A program made the position numbers and the translations under genes. Shown here piece by piece: positions 10,353 through 21,532 of a stretch of DNA of 64,000 nt (the stretch's first letter is position 1; each line of letters begins with the position of its first letter). The DNA comes from Candidatus Micrarchaeota archaeon (GTDB taxonomy: Archaea > B1Sed10-29 > B47-G15), in contig QMVG01000001.1 of the NCBI GenBank assembly GCA_003660975.1, forward strand, positions 96,001 through 160,000, read 5' to 3'. A model generated the notes under the pieces. It was not told the DNA's origin. It ran no database searches and saw only the letters and a list, made by a program, of their open reading frames with translations.

Positions 10353-10844
10353 ATGATAAGCATTGAGAAGGTCACTGTGAATATGGGTGTAGGAGCATCT
10401 GGAGAGAGGCTGGAACAGGCGAAAAAACTGCTAGAAAATATTACTGGTCAAAAGCCCTTGGAGACTGTAACGCAGAAGAGGATTCCAAAGTGGGGAGTAA
10501 GAAAGAATATGAAAATAGGTGTAAAGGTTACATTGAGGGGCAAGAAAGCTTCAGATTTTCTGAACAAGGCATTGGATGCTGTTGGAAGAAAGATAAGCAA
10601 AAGAAGCTTTGACAAGGAGGGAAACTTCGCCTTTGGAATTAAGGAATACATTGATCTGCCTGGAGTTAAATATAATCCAGACATAGGAATGTTCGGTTTT
10701 GATGTTTGTGTCACGCTTAAAAAATGGGGATACAGGTTAAAGGAAAGGAAAAGGGAGAGAAAGAAAGTACCTAGAAAGCACAGAATATCAAAAGAGGAGG
10801 CCATCAGTTTCGTTAAAGAAAAACTTGGCGTGGAGGTAGTTTGA
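10353..10844 (+). CDS. rpl5: 50S ribosomal protein uL5
   Basis: [32 protein letters not shown]. Confidence 0.96.
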   Translation: MISIEKVTVNMGVGASGERLEQAKKLLENITGQKPLETVTQKRIPKWGVRKNMKIGVKVTLRGKKASDFLNKALDAVGRKISKRSFDKEGNFAFGIKEYIDLPGVKYNPDIGMFGFDVCVTLKKWGYRLKERKRERKKVPRKHRISKEEAISFVKEKLGVEVV

Positions 10845-11017
10845 TGGAAAAAAAGAAAATAGAGAAGAAGTACAAGTGGCCCAAAAGAGGGGAAGAAGAT
10901 AGAGTGTGTCAGTTCTGTGGTAGGAAGGATGGCTTGATAAGAAAGTATGGTCTTAATATGTGCAGACAGTGTTTCAGAGAAAAGGCAAGCAAGCTTGGAT
11001 TTAAAAAATACAATTAG
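10844..11017 (+). CDS. rps14: 30S ribosomal protein uS14 (Zn-binding; below ORF-track cutoff)
   Basis: Translated by hand: [57 protein letters not shown]. Confidence 0.95.
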   Translation: MEKKKIEKKYKWPKRGEEDRVCQFCGRKDGLIRKYGLNMCRQCFREKASKLGFKKYN

Positions 11018-11025
11018 GTGTTCGT

Positions 11026-11409
11026 ATGGACAATTTAGCAAACGCTTTGATAAACATAAAAAATGCAGAAGCAATAGGAAAAAAAGAGTGTATAATAAAG
11101 CCAGCTTCAAAAATAATAAGGGAAATATTAAAGATAATGCAAGCTGAAAATTACATTGGAAACTTTGAATATATCGAAGATGGAAAAGCAGGCATTTACA
11201 AGGTGTCCTTAATAGGAAAGATAAATGACTGCAAAGCAATAAAGCCCAGGTATTCCGTATCTGTTGATGAAATAAGAAAATGGGAAAGAAGGTACCTGCC
11301 TGCACGTGGCTTAGGCATTCTAATTATAAGCACACCAAAGGGCATAATGACCCATAAGGAAGCTTTCCAGCTAAAAACGGGTGGTAAGTTATTGGCTTAT
11401 GTTTATTAG
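11026..11409 (+). CDS. rps8: 30S ribosomal protein uS8
   Basis: [29 protein letters not shown]. Confidence 0.96.
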   Translation: MDNLANALINIKNAEAIGKKECIIKPASKIIREILKIMQAENYIGNFEYIEDGKAGIYKVSLIGKINDCKAIKPRYSVSVDEIRKWERRYLPARGLGILIISTPKGIMTHKEAFQLKTGGKLLAYVY

Positions 11410-11418
11410 AGTGATATT

Positions 11419-11946
11419 ATGGTTTACGAAATTGAAATACCAGAAGGCACAGAAATTGAAGTAAAAGGGAATTTGGTAAGAGTAAAAGGGCCAAAAGGAG
11501 AGTTGGAGAAAGCCATGGATTTAAAGTTTATAAAAATAAAAAAAGAAGGGCAAAAATTACAGGTTGAAGAAACACAGAAAAGAGCAAAAGCAATGGCAGG
11601 CACTGTGGCTGCCCACATTAAAAATTTAATAAAGGGGGTAAATAGCGGCTTTGCATATAAGCTAAAGGTATGTTATTCTCACTTCCCAATAACTGTGACC
11701 GTTGAAGGAGATAAAGTTGTAATAAAGAACTTCCTAGGAGAGAGAGCTCCGAGGTTTGCTAAAATCCTTGATGGTGTGACTGTTGAGGTAAAAGGCCAAG
11801 AGATCACAGTTTCATCAATTGATATTGAAAAAGCAGGCCAAACAGCTGCCAATATTGAACAGGCAGCAAGGGTGAAGGGAAGAGACATAAGAGTCTTCCA
11901 AGATGGCATTTACATAACCGAAAAACCAAATAAGGTGAAAAAATGA
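11419..11946 (+). CDS. rpl6: 50S ribosomal protein uL6
   Basis: [33 protein letters not shown]. Confidence 0.96.
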   Translation: MVYEIEIPEGTEIEVKGNLVRVKGPKGELEKAMDLKFIKIKKEGQKLQVEETQKRAKAMAGTVAAHIKNLIKGVNSGFAYKLKVCYSHFPITVTVEGDKVVIKNFLGERAPRFAKILDGVTVEVKGQEITVSSIDIEKAGQTAANIEQAARVKGRDIRVFQDGIYITEKPNKVKK

Positions 11947-12296
11947 AAAAGAAAAAGCCGACATTCAAAAGGCAGGGCGCCCACAGGAAGAAAAGAGTTG
12001 CTAAAAAAGGGTGGAGAAAACCAAGAGGCATTTATTCCCATCAGAGAGATTCATACAAATTTGCTGGAGCAAAGCCAAAGGTTGGCTACAAAAATGATAG
12101 AGACTCTCGTGCTATTCACCCTTCTGGGTTAAAGGAGATACTTGTCCATAATGTTAAAGAGCTAAAAGTTGCTGAACCGAATAAAAACATAATAAGAATA
12201 GCATCCACAGTTGGTAAGAAGAAAAGGAGAGAGATAGTGGAAGCTGCTGAAAAAATGAAACTCAGGGTGATAAATCCAGGCGTTGAGAAAAAGTGA
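11943..12296 (+). CDS. rpl32e: 50S ribosomal protein eL32
   Basis: FKRQ, WRKPRG, HPSG..EILVHN. Confidence 0.94.
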   Translation: MKKKKPTFKRQGAHRKKRVAKKGWRKPRGIYSHQRDSYKFAGAKPKVGYKNDRDSRAIHPSGLKEILVHNVKELKVAEPNKNIIRIASTVGKKKRREIVEAAEKMKLRVINPGVEKK

Positions 12297-12301
12297 TGTT
12301 T

Positions 12302-12739
12302 ATGGAGCTCAAAAAGGTTAAAGAACTGGCTGCCAAGGTCCTGAAAGTAGGAAAAGACAAGATAATAATAGTTGACAAAGAAAAAGCAGCTCAAGCGATG
12401 ACAAGGGAGGACATAAGGGCATTGGTAAAGCAAGGAGCGATAAAAAAGAGAAAAGCAAATGAAGAAAGTAGAGGAAGGGCAAGAAAATTGATGGAGCAAA
12501 AAAAGAAAGGCCTCAGAAAAGGCAAGGGTAGCAGGAAGGGAACAAAAAAAGCGAAGATAGGTGAAAAAACAGAGTGGTTGACCAAGGTAAGGGCATTGAG
12601 GAAGAAACTAAAAGAGATAAAACCGAAGCTAAAGGAAGGCAACTACAGAAGGTTATACAGGATGATTAAAGGAGGATACTTCCGAAGCAAAGCCCATCTC
12701 ATGCTATACGTGAAAGAGAAAGAATTAATAAAGAAGTGA
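12302..12739 (+). CDS. rpl19e: 50S ribosomal protein eL19
   Basis: TREDIRALV, GSRKG, YRRLYRMIKGGYF. Confidence 0.94.
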   Translation: MELKKVKELAAKVLKVGKDKIIIVDKEKAAQAMTREDIRALVKQGAIKKRKANEESRGRARKLMEQKKKGLRKGKGSRKGTKKAKIGEKTEWLTKVRALRKKLKEIKPKLKEGNYRRLYRMIKGGYFRSKAHLMLYVKEKELIKK

Positions 12740-12743
12740 TAAA

Positions 12744-13256
12744 ATGGCACACAAAACAATATACAAACTCAGAAGGAGAAGGCGCAGAGAGGGAAAGACC
12801 AATTACAGAAAGAGATTGGCATTGATAAAATCAAAAAAGCCGAGGTTGGTGGCAAGGGTACTAAGCAGGTCAGTAGTAGCGCAGATTGTAAGCTACAGAC
12901 CAGAGGGAGACGCAACCATTGTTAATACAACTTCGTTGGAATTAAAAAATTATGGGTGGAATGGACATAATGGAAATATAGCTGCAGCGTATCTGACTGG
13001 CTTTCTTTGCGGAAAGAAGGCATTGAAAAAAGGAATCAAAGAAGCCATTCTAGACATAGGGCTTCATACACCTGTGAAAGGCTCAAAAGTATTTGCTGTG
13101 TTAAAGGGCGCTGTTGATGCTGGCTTAAAGATCCCACATGATGAAAAAACACTACCTAGCGATGAAACTGTAAGAGGAAAGACCATAGAAAAATATAGAG
13201 GAAAAAGTTTGAATGTTGACAGTGTTATTAAGGAAATAGAAAACAAGGTGAAATAA
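12744..13256 (+). CDS. rpl18: 50S ribosomal protein uL18
   Basis: [30 protein letters not shown]. Confidence 0.95.
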   Translation: MAHKTIYKLRRRRRREGKTNYRKRLALIKSKKPRLVARVLSRSVVAQIVSYRPEGDATIVNTTSLELKNYGWNGHNGNIAAAYLTGFLCGKKALKKGIKEAILDIGLHTPVKGSKVFAVLKGAVDAGLKIPHDEKTLPSDETVRGKTIEKYRGKSLNVDSVIKEIENKVK

Positions 13257-13900
13257 TGGCTACACAAGGCAAAGCGAATGTTGATGAGAAAGAAGAATGG
13301 ATTCCAAAAACTGAATTGGGCAGAAAGGTAAAAAACGGAGAGATAACAAGCATAGAACAGATATACCAACAGGACAAAGCGATACTGGAGCCAGAGATAA
13401 TAGATACTTTACTGCCTGATTTGAAAGATGAAATACTAGACATAAAAATGGTGCAGAGGACCACAGATTCCGGGAGAAAAGGAAGATTTAGAGTGGTGGC
13501 TGCTGTTGGCAACAAAGATGGTTATGTTGGCGTTGGAATAGGAAAAGCTACAGAGATAAGAAGCGCTATTGGAAGAGCTATCAGAAATGCAAAGAAAAAT
13601 ATAATTCATATACGCAGAGGTTGTGGAAGCTGGGAATGTGGCTGTGGGGAGAATCACTCCATTCCGTTTAAAGTTTCAGCTAAATATGGCTCTACGAGTA
13701 TAGAGCTGATGCCTGCTCCAAAAGGCACTGGCTTGGTAGCAGGACGAACTGCTAAGAAAGTTTTGGAACTGGCAGGAGTAAGGGATGCCTGGTCAAAAAG
13801 CAGAGGGCATACATCCACAAGGTTCAACTTTGCTTTTGCTACATTGAAGGCACTAGAGAAGACAAGAAGAAAGAGATTTGAAAGGGTGAAAGAATTATGA
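13256..13900 (+). CDS. rps5: 30S ribosomal protein uS5
   Basis: [23 protein letters not shown]. Confidence 0.96.
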   Translation: MATQGKANVDEKEEWIPKTELGRKVKNGEITSIEQIYQQDKAILEPEIIDTLLPDLKDEILDIKMVQRTTDSGRKGRFRVVAAVGNKDGYVGVGIGKATEIRSAIGRAIRNAKKNIIHIRRGCGSWECGCGENHSIPFKVSAKYGSTSIELMPAPKGTGLVAGRTAKKVLELAGVRDAWSKSRGHTSTRFNFAFATLKALEKTRRKRFERVKEL

Positions 13901-14349
13901 AGGTGGCAGTAAGAGTTAGAAGCGGCATAGGTATGAAGCCAGACGCCAGGAAGACCCTTGAATCTCTTAAATTAAAAACTGTTAACAACTGTATAATTGT
14001 AAATGAAAAGAAAATCCACAGCAACATGCTTCAAAAAGTAAAAGACTACATCACTTGGGGTGAGATTGAGAAAGAAACGCTGAAGAAAGTTCTGCTCAAA
14101 TGGGCCAGAACGCTCAAGGGCAAAAAGCTTGATGAGCAATATTTTAAGGAAATTAAAATGAGTATAGATGACATAGTAGATAAATTGTTTAAAGATGAGG
14201 TTTCAATGAAAGACCTGGGTCTTAAAGTCCCAATACGGCTGCATCCTCCAAGAAAAGGCTACGAAGGGATTAAAAGACCTTTTACTATGAAAGGGGCGCT
14301 CGGTTATAGAGGAAAGGCAATGGATGAGCTAATAAAAAGAATGATATGA
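13897..14349 (+). CDS. rpl30: 50S ribosomal protein uL30
   Basis: [28 protein letters not shown]. Confidence 0.95.
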   Translation: MKVAVRVRSGIGMKPDARKTLESLKLKTVNNCIIVNEKKIHSNMLQKVKDYITWGEIEKETLKKVLLKWARTLKGKKLDEQYFKEIKMSIDDIVDKLFKDEVSMKDLGLKVPIRLHPPRKGYEGIKRPFTMKGALGYRGKAMDELIKRMI

Positions 14350-14357
14350 GTGGTATT

Positions 14358-14771
14358 ATGGTATTGAGGCATAAAAGAAAGATAACAAAAAAGAGGGGAA
14401 TGAGAACACCAGGTACTGGAAATACTAAGAATAAGAGAGGGAAAGGAAGCAGAATGGGCAACCCGCACAAAAAAAGCAAAGGAGGGGGCTCTAGGAATTT
14501 CTTACACCTGGTAAAGTATATGCCTGAAAAACTACATAAAAGAGGCTTTAAGAGACCAAACAGAAAAAAATACAAAGCGATAAACCTATCAGAATTAGAG
14601 AAGATGGGAGAGACTGAGATAAACCTATTGGCATTAGGATACCATAAAGTATTGGGAAAAGGAAAAATCACAAAGCCTTTAAAGATAAAAGCACTTATGT
14701 TTAGTAAAACGGCCAAAGACAAAATCGAAAAGGCAGGAGGACAGGCCATAGAAATTGGTGGTAATAAATGA
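14358..14771 (+). CDS. rpl15: 50S ribosomal protein uL15
   Basis: YHKVLGKG, FSKTAKDKIEKAGG; upstream of secY. Confidence 0.92.
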   Translation: MVLRHKRKITKKRGMRTPGTGNTKNKRGKGSRMGNPHKKSKGGGSRNFLHLVKYMPEKLHKRGFKRPNRKKYKAINLSELEKMGETEINLLALGYHKVLGKGKITKPLKIKALMFSKTAKDKIEKAGGQAIEIGGNK

Positions 14772-16147
14772 ATGTAATGGCATTTAAGGGACTTGTCAAC
14801 ATTCTTCCAGAGGTTGAGGTCCCGAAAGTGAAGCCACCGCTGAAAAAACGCCTGCTATGGACCTTTGCCACTCTTTTAATCTTTGCTTCTCTAACACTCG
14901 TAGAACCAATAGGTATGACAAGAGCAGCGCAACAAGCAGGCTTCCTGCAAAACATACAACTCATAACTGCTTCAAACATGGGAACACTTGCAACATTAGG
15001 TATAGGGCCTATTGTTATGGCTTCTATCATTCTACAGCTTTTGAATGGAGCAGGACTTTTGCAATTTAACAGAAATGACCCAAAAGAGAGGGAAGTTTTC
15101 CAAGGCCTTCAAAAATTCGTTGCAATTCTTTTCAGCTTTTTTGAAGCAACAGTTTACGTGATTAGTGGTTTTATCCCCAGTATCCCTGGTTTTTGGCCAA
15201 TGTTTTTCCTTATACTGCAGCTCGCATTAGGTGGCATAATTGTAATGTTCCTTGATGAAGTGGTGTCAAAGTATGGTATAGGCTCTGGTGTTGGCTTATT
15301 TATCGCTGCTGGAGTCAGCTTCAGAATATTTTGGAGAGCCTTCGCGTGGGTTCAGCAGTCTGGTCAGTTTGTTGGACTTGTGCCACAGCTTCTACAAGGG
15401 TTCTTAAATGGAAACATACCTGAAAGCGCCCTCTTTCCTCTAATATCCACTATTATTGTTTTCCTCATTGTCGTCTATGCAGAGTCAACCAAGATTGAAA
15501 TCCCCCTGACCTTTGGGAGAATAAGAGGCTTCGGAGCAAGATATCCTTTAAAGTTTTTCTACGTGAGCAACATCCCGGTAATATTCTCAGCAGCGCTTTT
15601 TGCTAATGTGCAACTCTGGGGCATAGCATTCCAGAACATAGGCATCCCTATCTTTGGAACCTTTGTTGGTAATCAGCCAACACCAGGAGGTCTTGCTTAT
15701 TATTTACAAGCGCCTTATGGACTTTTAGCTACTCCCACTCAGATAGGCATTACACTGGGCAATGTAGACCTTATTCTTAGAATCATCATATTTTCAGTCG
15801 CCATGATTATCATGTGTGTTGTCTTTGGTAAATTTTGGGTTGAGATGAGTGGCATGGGGGCAAAGCAGGTAGCTCAGCAAATGCAGAGCGTTGGGCTCCA
15901 TGTCCCTGGTTTTAGAAGAGATCCAAGAGTGTTGGAACAGGTCTTTAACAGATATATTCCAACGCTGACAGTTGTTGGCAGCGCCTCTGTTGGCATTCTG
16001 GCTGTCCTGGCTGACTTAACTGGGGCTCTTGGAACTGGAACAGGAATACTGCTTACTGTTGGCATCCTCTACAGAATGTATGAGGAACTAGCAGCTCAAG
16101 AGGCATTTGAGATGATGCCTGCTCTAAGGACTATACTTGGTGGTTAA
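14768..16147 (+). CDS. secY: Preprotein translocase SecY
   Basis: LGIGPIVMASIILQLL, SKYGIGSG, YPLKFFYVSNIP, PGFRRD, GTGILLTV. Confidence 0.97.
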   Translation: MNVMAFKGLVNILPEVEVPKVKPPLKKRLLWTFATLLIFASLTLVEPIGMTRAAQQAGFLQNIQLITASNMGTLATLGIGPIVMASIILQLLNGAGLLQFNRNDPKEREVFQGLQKFVAILFSFFEATVYVISGFIPSIPGFWPMFFLILQLALGGIIVMFLDEVVSKYGIGSGVGLFIAAGVSFRIFWRAFAWVQQSGQFVGLVPQLLQGFLNGNIPESALFPLISTIIVFLIVVYAESTKIEIPLTFGRIRGFGARYPLKFFYVSNIPVIFSAALFANVQLWGIAFQNIGIPIFGTFVGNQPTPGGLAYYLQAPYGLLATPTQIGITLGNVDLILRIIIFSVAMIIMCVVFGKFWVEMSGMGAKQVAQQMQSVGLHVPGFRRDPRVLEQVFNRYIPTLTVVGSASVGILAVLADLTGALGTGTGILLTVGILYRMYEELAAQEAFEMMPALRTILGG

Positions 16148-16720
16148 ATGACTATACACATTATTGTCGGAGTGCCTGGGGCTGGAAAGAGCTTCGTGCT
16201 TGGAAAAGCTCTAGAAGGGCATGAGGGAAAGTACAAGGTGCTAACATTTGGCACTTTGATGCTTGAAATGGCAAAAGAAATGGGCCTCGCAGATGACAGA
16301 GATAAATTGAGATATTTGCCAAAAGAGAAAGTAGATGAAATGAGGTTAAAAATCGCTGAGAAAATTGCTGCAGAAGAAAAGGATGTAATTCTTGACACAC
16401 ACGCAAGCATGAAAACACCGCAGGGATATGCTCCAGGCCTTCCGTTTGAGGTGCTGGAAAAGTTAAAACCAAAAACAATAATAATTATAGAGGGAAGAGC
16501 AGAAGAGATAATGGAGAGAAGGAAAACAGACCAAGAGAAAGGATTGAGAAATAGAGCTGATTTCGGGAATGAAAAAGACATAGAAGAGTGGCAGAGGATA
16601 AACAGAGCCTTTGTTGCTGCTTACTGTGCAAAAGCTGGGAGTAATTTGGTCATTATCTTAAATGAACAGGGGAACGCAGATGAAGCTGCCAAAAAATTGA
16701 GGGAGGTATTAGATATATGA
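16148..16720 (+). CDS. adkA: Archaeal adenylate kinase
   Basis: P-loop GVPGAGKS, DTH, GYAPGLP; follows secY. Confidence 0.92.
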   Translation: MTIHIIVGVPGAGKSFVLGKALEGHEGKYKVLTFGTLMLEMAKEMGLADDRDKLRYLPKEKVDEMRLKIAEKIAAEEKDVILDTHASMKTPQGYAPGLPFEVLEKLKPKTIIIIEGRAEEIMERRKTDQEKGLRNRADFGNEKDIEEWQRINRAFVAAYCAKAGSNLVIILNEQGNADEAAKKLREVLDI

Positions 16721-17148
16721 ATCCTATTGCTTTTGAGGTTATAGTCATTGCTTTTATTGTTTCTGTGCTTACAAGCACAATAAGCAAGATATTGGTGGAT
16801 CAAAAGAAAGTAAAACAAATCCAAAAGCAAATCAAAGAATTCCAGAAAAGATACAAGGATGCTCAGCAGAGGAAGGATAAGGAATTGCTTAAAAAATTGG
16901 AAAAGGAACAAGTAGAGATAATGAAACTATCAAAGGACTTATTTGTAATGAATTTTAAACCCACCCTTATCACGATAATACCTATAATTCTTTTATTCTG
17001 GTTCTTGAACAATAGATATACAAATGCAGGTGTGGTAGCCCACCTGCCATTGCTGGGCATTCCATTGTCGTGGTTTTGGCTATATATTATAGTAGCCATA
17101 GGTGTGGGGATGCTATTTGAGCTGGTATACAGAATAATTAAAAGGTGA
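16717..17148 (+). CDS. EMC3/TMCO1-family (DUF106) membrane protein
   Basis: TM-coiled coil-TM, FKP motif, WFWLYI; conserved position after adk. Confidence 0.85.
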   Translation: MNPIAFEVIVIAFIVSVLTSTISKILVDQKKVKQIQKQIKEFQKRYKDAQQRKDKELLKKLEKEQVEIMKLSKDLFVMNFKPTLITIIPIILLFWFLNNRYTNAGVVAHLPLLGIPLSWFWLYIIVAIGVGMLFELVYRIIKR

Positions 17149-17153
17149 GGGTG

Positions 17154-17465
17154 ATGACCAAACCAAGCCTTAGGAACAAGCGACTGAGTAAAAAAGTTCG
17201 CAGAACGCCTGGTGGGAAGTTAAAGTCTACCCACAAGAGAAGAAAAGGGAAATACGCAAGCTGTAAAATCTGCGGTGCTAGAATACAGGGAGTAAGGTTG
17301 GACAAAGGAAAACTAAGAGGCAGTGGGAGAGTGTTTTCAAAAGAGCTATGCCATGATTGTAGCTCTAAGGTAATAGAGTATAGGACAATGCTGGAGAACA
17401 AAGCAATAGAGCAATCAGAGATTCCAATGAAGTATATCAAATATGTAGGTGTTGGTCAGAAATGA
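17154..17465 (+). CDS. rpl34e: 50S ribosomal protein eL34
   Basis: RRTPGG, CKICG, LCHDC. Confidence 0.88.
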   Translation: MTKPSLRNKRLSKKVRRTPGGKLKSTHKRRKGKYASCKICGARIQGVRLDKGKLRGSGRVFSKELCHDCSSKVIEYRTMLENKAIEQSEIPMKYIKYVGVGQK

Positions 17466-18028
17466 TAGTCACAGTTTCCGGACTGCCCGGAGCAGGTAGC
17501 ACTTCTCTGGCACGGGACCTTTCTAAAGTCTTTAACTGGAAACTGATAACCATGGGAGAGATGTTTAAACAGATGGCCAAAGAAAAAGGTCTGAGCTCTG
17601 GGCAGGAAGGTTCTGCTACGCTGCTTCTTGAAAAACAGAAAAAAAACAAAAGCTTTGAACGCTTTCATAGAGAATTTGACAAAATGCAAAAGAAAGCTGC
17701 TAGGAGATATAAGAACTGCATAATTAACGGAAAGTTAAGTGCTTTCGTGATAAAAGATGCAGATGTCAGGATATTCCTAAAAGCAAATGAGAGGATAAGA
17801 GCAAAAAGGATTGCAAAGAGAGAGGGGGTATCGTACAGAAAAGCATTGAGAGACATTAGAAGAAGGGAAAAAATAGAAAGAAGAGAATGGAAGAGGATTT
17901 ACAATGTAGATTATGCCGCTGACCTTTACGCTTATGATTTGGTAATGGATACTTCGTATCATAAAATAAAGGACAGCACAGACATTGCGGTTATTTTTAT
18001 AAAAGCAATAAGGAGGAGTAAAAAATGA
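17462..18028 (+). CDS. cmk: Cytidylate kinase
   Basis: ISGLPGAGST-type P-loop, RAKRIAKRE, YDLVMDT. Confidence 0.88.
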   Translation: MIVTVSGLPGAGSTSLARDLSKVFNWKLITMGEMFKQMAKEKGLSSGQEGSATLLLEKQKKNKSFERFHREFDKMQKKAARRYKNCIINGKLSAFVIKDADVRIFLKANERIRAKRIAKREGVSYRKALRDIRRREKIERREWKRIYNVDYAADLYAYDLVMDTSYHKIKDSTDIAVIFIKAIRRSKK

Positions 18029-18249
18029 CGCTGTTTGAAAAAGGAAGGGTTTGTGTAGTCAACAAGGGAAGTGATGCAGGAAAGACAGTAGTTGTAAAGG
18101 AGAAAATAGACGAACACTTTGTTGTAATTGTTGGGGATAAAGTAAAGGAGAGAAGAATCAATATAAAACACCTGACACCTACTGCAAAAACCGTAAAAGA
18201 GATCCCACAGGCAAAGAAAGCCATTAAGAAGGAAAAGGCTAAAAAATGA
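18025..18249 (+). CDS. rpl14e: 50S ribosomal protein eL14
   Basis: GRVCV..KG.DAGK, RRINIKHL. Confidence 0.9.
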   Translation: MTLFEKGRVCVVNKGSDAGKTVVVKEKIDEHFVVIVGDKVKERRINIKHLTPTAKTVKEIPQAKKAIKKEKAKK

Positions 18250-19106
18250 AGCTGGAAAGCGGTTTGATTCTGGTTGACAAAGCAAAAGGCCCAACAAGCC
18301 AACAGCTTAGTTTATGGCTAAAGGACATATTAAAGAAGAAAGTGTGCCATGTCGGAACATTAGACCCGTTTGCTTCAGGCATACTTCCGATCCTTTTTGG
18401 CAAAGGAATAAAGCTGCAGGAGTACATGCAAAAGCACAGGAAGGAGTATCATTTCATTGTGGAGATGGAAAGACCTATACCTCGTGCAGACCTGGAGAGC
18501 GTTTTGAAAGAGTTTGAAGGCAAAATTTACCAGAAACCACCGAAAATTAGCGCAGTTGCAAAGCGCCTGCGCACAAGAAAAATATACTATCTGGAATTGC
18601 TTGAGCTTGAAGGTAGATACGCATTGCTGAAAATGGGCTGCCAACACGGCACATATGTGAGGAAGTTGGTTGATGACCTGTCAATAATCTTAGGTCTGCC
18701 AATGAGATTACTTGAATTGAGAAGGACAAAAGTAGAGCAGTTTTCAGAAAAAGACGCTGTAATACTGCAAAAAGTGGTTGATGCGATAAAGCTTTTTAAT
18801 GATGGCTTTGAAGATGCCATAAAAGGAGTCGTTAAACCTTTGTCAGAGGGGGTAAAGCACCTCCCATCTGTTAGTGTTAAGGAAAGTGCTATTAAAAGTA
18901 TAACAAATGGCATGCCTATAGCAGCGCCTGCTATTGAATCCATGAAAGGAGACATAAGAAAAGGCAGGCCTGTTGCTGTATTCTCAGGTAATGATTTGAT
19001 AGCAATGGGAATTGCTTTAAAGGACAGGGAAGAAATAAGTGCCTTAAAAAAAGGCCTTGTCGTGAAAACTGATAAGGTTCTGGTTGAAAGAAAGATTTAT
19101 AAATAA
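18246..19106 (+). CDS. cbf5: Pseudouridine synthase Cbf5/TruB with PUA domain
   Basis: DK..GPTS, HVGTLDP (catalytic Asp), IYQKPP, GTYVRKL, ELRRT. Confidence 0.93.
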   Translation: MKLESGLILVDKAKGPTSQQLSLWLKDILKKKVCHVGTLDPFASGILPILFGKGIKLQEYMQKHRKEYHFIVEMERPIPRADLESVLKEFEGKIYQKPPKISAVAKRLRTRKIYYLELLELEGRYALLKMGCQHGTYVRKLVDDLSIILGLPMRLLELRRTKVEQFSEKDAVILQKVVDAIKLFNDGFEDAIKGVVKPLSEGVKHLPSVSVKESAIKSITNGMPIAAPAIESMKGDIRKGRPVAVFSGNDLIAMGIALKDREEISALKKGLVVKTDKVLVERKIYK

Positions 19107-19204
19107 CATAAATCAGAATAGAAGCAATTGTTTTTGAGAAAAAACTAGGCGAGCCGTAAAGGCCATGACCTCTAGCCAATGAATCTCATTTGTCTGGTGA
19201 AACA

Positions 19205-19717
19205 ATGGCAGAATTTAGAGGCCGGTTAAGGATTGTAGGCAAAGATGTAGATGGCAATTTGCCTCTTCCGAAGGCATTAGCAAAGATAACTGGAATAGGA
19301 AGCAATCTAGCTGACAGCATTTCAATAGTCGCTTCCAATGTGATGAAGATAAACAAATTGGAAAAAATAGGCAATCTTACAGACGAGCAGGTTGAGATTT
19401 TAGAAAAAATCATTACAAACCCACTTGAATATGGTATCCCTGAATGGGCACTTAACAGAAGAAAGGACCCATTCACAAATGAGACCAAACACCTGGTAGA
19501 AGTTGACTACAAGCTTCAGAAAAAAGTAGACTCTGAACATGAAAAGGAGATAAGGTCATATAGGGGAATAAGGTACATGTTTAACTTACCTGTCAGAGGA
19601 CAAAGGACAAAAACGACCCACGGGCAGAAAGGTAAAACTATTGGAGTAAGCAGAAAGAAACAACAGCCGGCTAAGAAAAAGAAGCAGCAATCAGGAGGGA
19701 CAAAGAAAAAGAAGTGA
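19205..19717 (+). CDS. rps13: 30S ribosomal protein uS13
   Basis: IPEWALNRRKD, SYRGIR, LPVRGQRTKT. Confidence 0.96.
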   Translation: MAEFRGRLRIVGKDVDGNLPLPKALAKITGIGSNLADSISIVASNVMKINKLEKIGNLTDEQVEILEKIITNPLEYGIPEWALNRRKDPFTNETKHLVEVDYKLQKKVDSEHEKEIRSYRGIRYMFNLPVRGQRTKTTHGQKGKTIGVSRKKQQPAKKKKQQSGGTKKKK

Positions 19718-19722
19718 TGTGA

Positions 19723-20367
19723 ATGGGAGACCCTAGAAGATTTAGGAAGAAATATGAAAGCCCAAAACACCCATGGGAGAAAAGCAGGATTGAGGAAGAG
19801 AACAAAATAAGAAAGGAATATGCTTTAAAAAGCAAAAAGGAAATTTGGCGGGCGAAGACAATTATAAAAAAGTACAGACATCAAGCCAGGCAATTGGTGG
19901 GGTTGCCAGCAAATGAAAGGGCTGAAAAAGAGAAGAAGCTTATTGAGAAACTACAAAAGATTGGTTTGCTCGGAAGCTCTGCAACACTTGACGATATTCT
20001 TTCACTTAAGGTTGAGGATTTGTTAGAAAGAAGGTTGCAAACAATTGTATGGAAAAAGGGGCTTGCTAGAACAGCGAAACAGGCGAGGCAGTTTATAGTG
20101 CACGGCCACATTGCTGTAAATGGAAGGAAAGTAACTGTTCCTGGGATGATAATAGACACAGAGCTTGAAAAGAAAGTCACATGGTACAAAAAACCAATAA
20201 TAACAGAAACTGCGAAAATAGAAACAATCGAACCAAGCGAGACGATAGAGAAGATAGCCGAGGAAGCTGGAGAAACTGAGCAAGAGAAAGAAGCAGCAGA
20301 GGAAATCTTAAAGACTTCTGGAAAAAGCGAAACTATAAAACACATTGCAAAAGAAGGTGGGAAGTAA
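19723..20367 (+). CDS. rps4: 30S ribosomal protein uS4 (acidic C-terminal extension)
   Basis: [24 protein letters not shown]. Confidence 0.96.
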   Translation: MGDPRRFRKKYESPKHPWEKSRIEEENKIRKEYALKSKKEIWRAKTIIKKYRHQARQLVGLPANERAEKEKKLIEKLQKIGLLGSSATLDDILSLKVEDLLERRLQTIVWKKGLARTAKQARQFIVHGHIAVNGRKVTVPGMIIDTELEKKVTWYKKPIITETAKIETIEPSETIEKIAEEAGETEQEKEAAEEILKTSGKSETIKHIAKEGGK

Positions 20368-20750
20368 TGGAACACTGGGGCATAGCACATGTTTATTCAT
20401 CAAAGAACAATACTATAATTACTGTTACTGATCTCACTGGAGCCGAAACCATAGCCAAGTGTTCTGGCGGTATGGTAGTGGACAGCGACAGAAAAGAGGG
20501 CAGCCCGTACGCCGCGATGATGGCTGCTCAGAGGGTTGCGGAGATATGCAAAAGCAAGGGAATTGTAGGCCTTCATATTTATGTGCGGGCTCCTGGAGGA
20601 CATAAGAGCAAGATACCTGGCCAGGGGGCTCAGGCAGCGATAAGAGCTCTCGCCAGAAGCGGTTTAAGGATAGGTAGAATTGAAGATGTAACTCCAATAC
20701 CACATGACACCACCAGAAAACCAGGGGGTAAGAGAGGTAGAAGATTATGA
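20367..20750 (+). CDS. rps11: 30S ribosomal protein uS11
   Basis: [35 protein letters not shown]. Confidence 0.97.
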   Translation: MEHWGIAHVYSSKNNTIITVTDLTGAETIAKCSGGMVVDSDRKEGSPYAAMMAAQRVAEICKSKGIVGLHIYVRAPGGHKSKIPGQGAQAAIRALARSGLRIGRIEDVTPIPHDTTRKPGGKRGRRL

Positions 20751-21532
20751 AGATAGAGATACTGGAGTCAAAAGGCAATACGATGAGGTTTATACTAAGC
20801 AACGCGCCTCTATCACTTGCTAATGCACTAAGAAAAACCCTTTTAACTGAAATTCCTTGTTTAGCTATCCACGAAGTAGACATATTTGAAAACAGCTCTG
20901 TGGTCTTTGACGAGTACATTGCTCATAGGTTGGGGCAGATACCACTAATAACTCCAAAAACATATATACAAAGCCCGAGAGAGGTTATTTTTTCTTTGGA
21001 GGCAGAAGGCCCGAAAATGGTTTACACGAAGGACTTAAAAAGCTCTGACCCAAAGGTGAAGCCAGTTTATGACAACATGCCTCTTATCCAGTTAGGCAGG
21101 GGGCAGAGAATCCGTTTGGAAGCAAAAGCAGTAATAGGTAGAGCAAAAGACCATGCAAAATGGCAGGCATGCATTGTTCATTATATAATGAAACCAGAAA
21201 TAAAGATAAGGCAGAGCAAGATAAAAGACCCTAAGATCTGTGCACAAGCTTGCCCGAGAAAAATATTGAAAGTGTCAAAGGGCAAATTAGAGGTGACTGA
21301 TGAAACAAAGTGCATCTCCTGCATGGAGTGCGTAAAAGCTTGTGGAGAGGATGCTATAGAGGTAAAGCACAGCAACAAGGACTTCATATTCACTGTTGAA
21401 TCGTTTGGGAATATGAAGGTAAAAGAGCTGCTCAATGAAGCATTCAATGTGCTGAGCCAAAAGCTTGATGACTTCAGCAAAGAATTAAAGTCATGCGGGG
21501 ATGCCGGAGCCAGGTCAAACGGGCAAGGTTGA
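20747..21532 (+). CDS. rpoD: RNA polymerase subunit D (Rpo3) with ferredoxin-like insert; 3' end overlaps tRNA-Leu
   Basis: [31 protein letters not shown]...[11 protein letters not shown]. Confidence 0.95.
   Translation: MKIEILESKGNTMRFILSNAPLSLANALRKTLLTEIPCLAIHEVDIFENSSVVFDEYIAHRLGQIPLITPKTYIQSPREVIFSLEAEGPKMVYTKDLKSSDPKVKPVYDNMPLIQLGRGQRIRLEAKAVIGRAKDHAKWQACIVHYIMKPEIKIRQSKIKDPKICAQACPRKILKVSKGKLEVTDETKCISCMECVKACGEDAIEVKHSNKDFIFTVESFGNMKVKELLNEAFNVLSQKLDDFSKELKSCGDAGARSNGQG

Noticed and set aside
18246-19106. Possible cbf5 pre-mRNA intron as in Crenarchaeota
   Set aside because: The reading frame is continuous through GPTS and HVGTLDP
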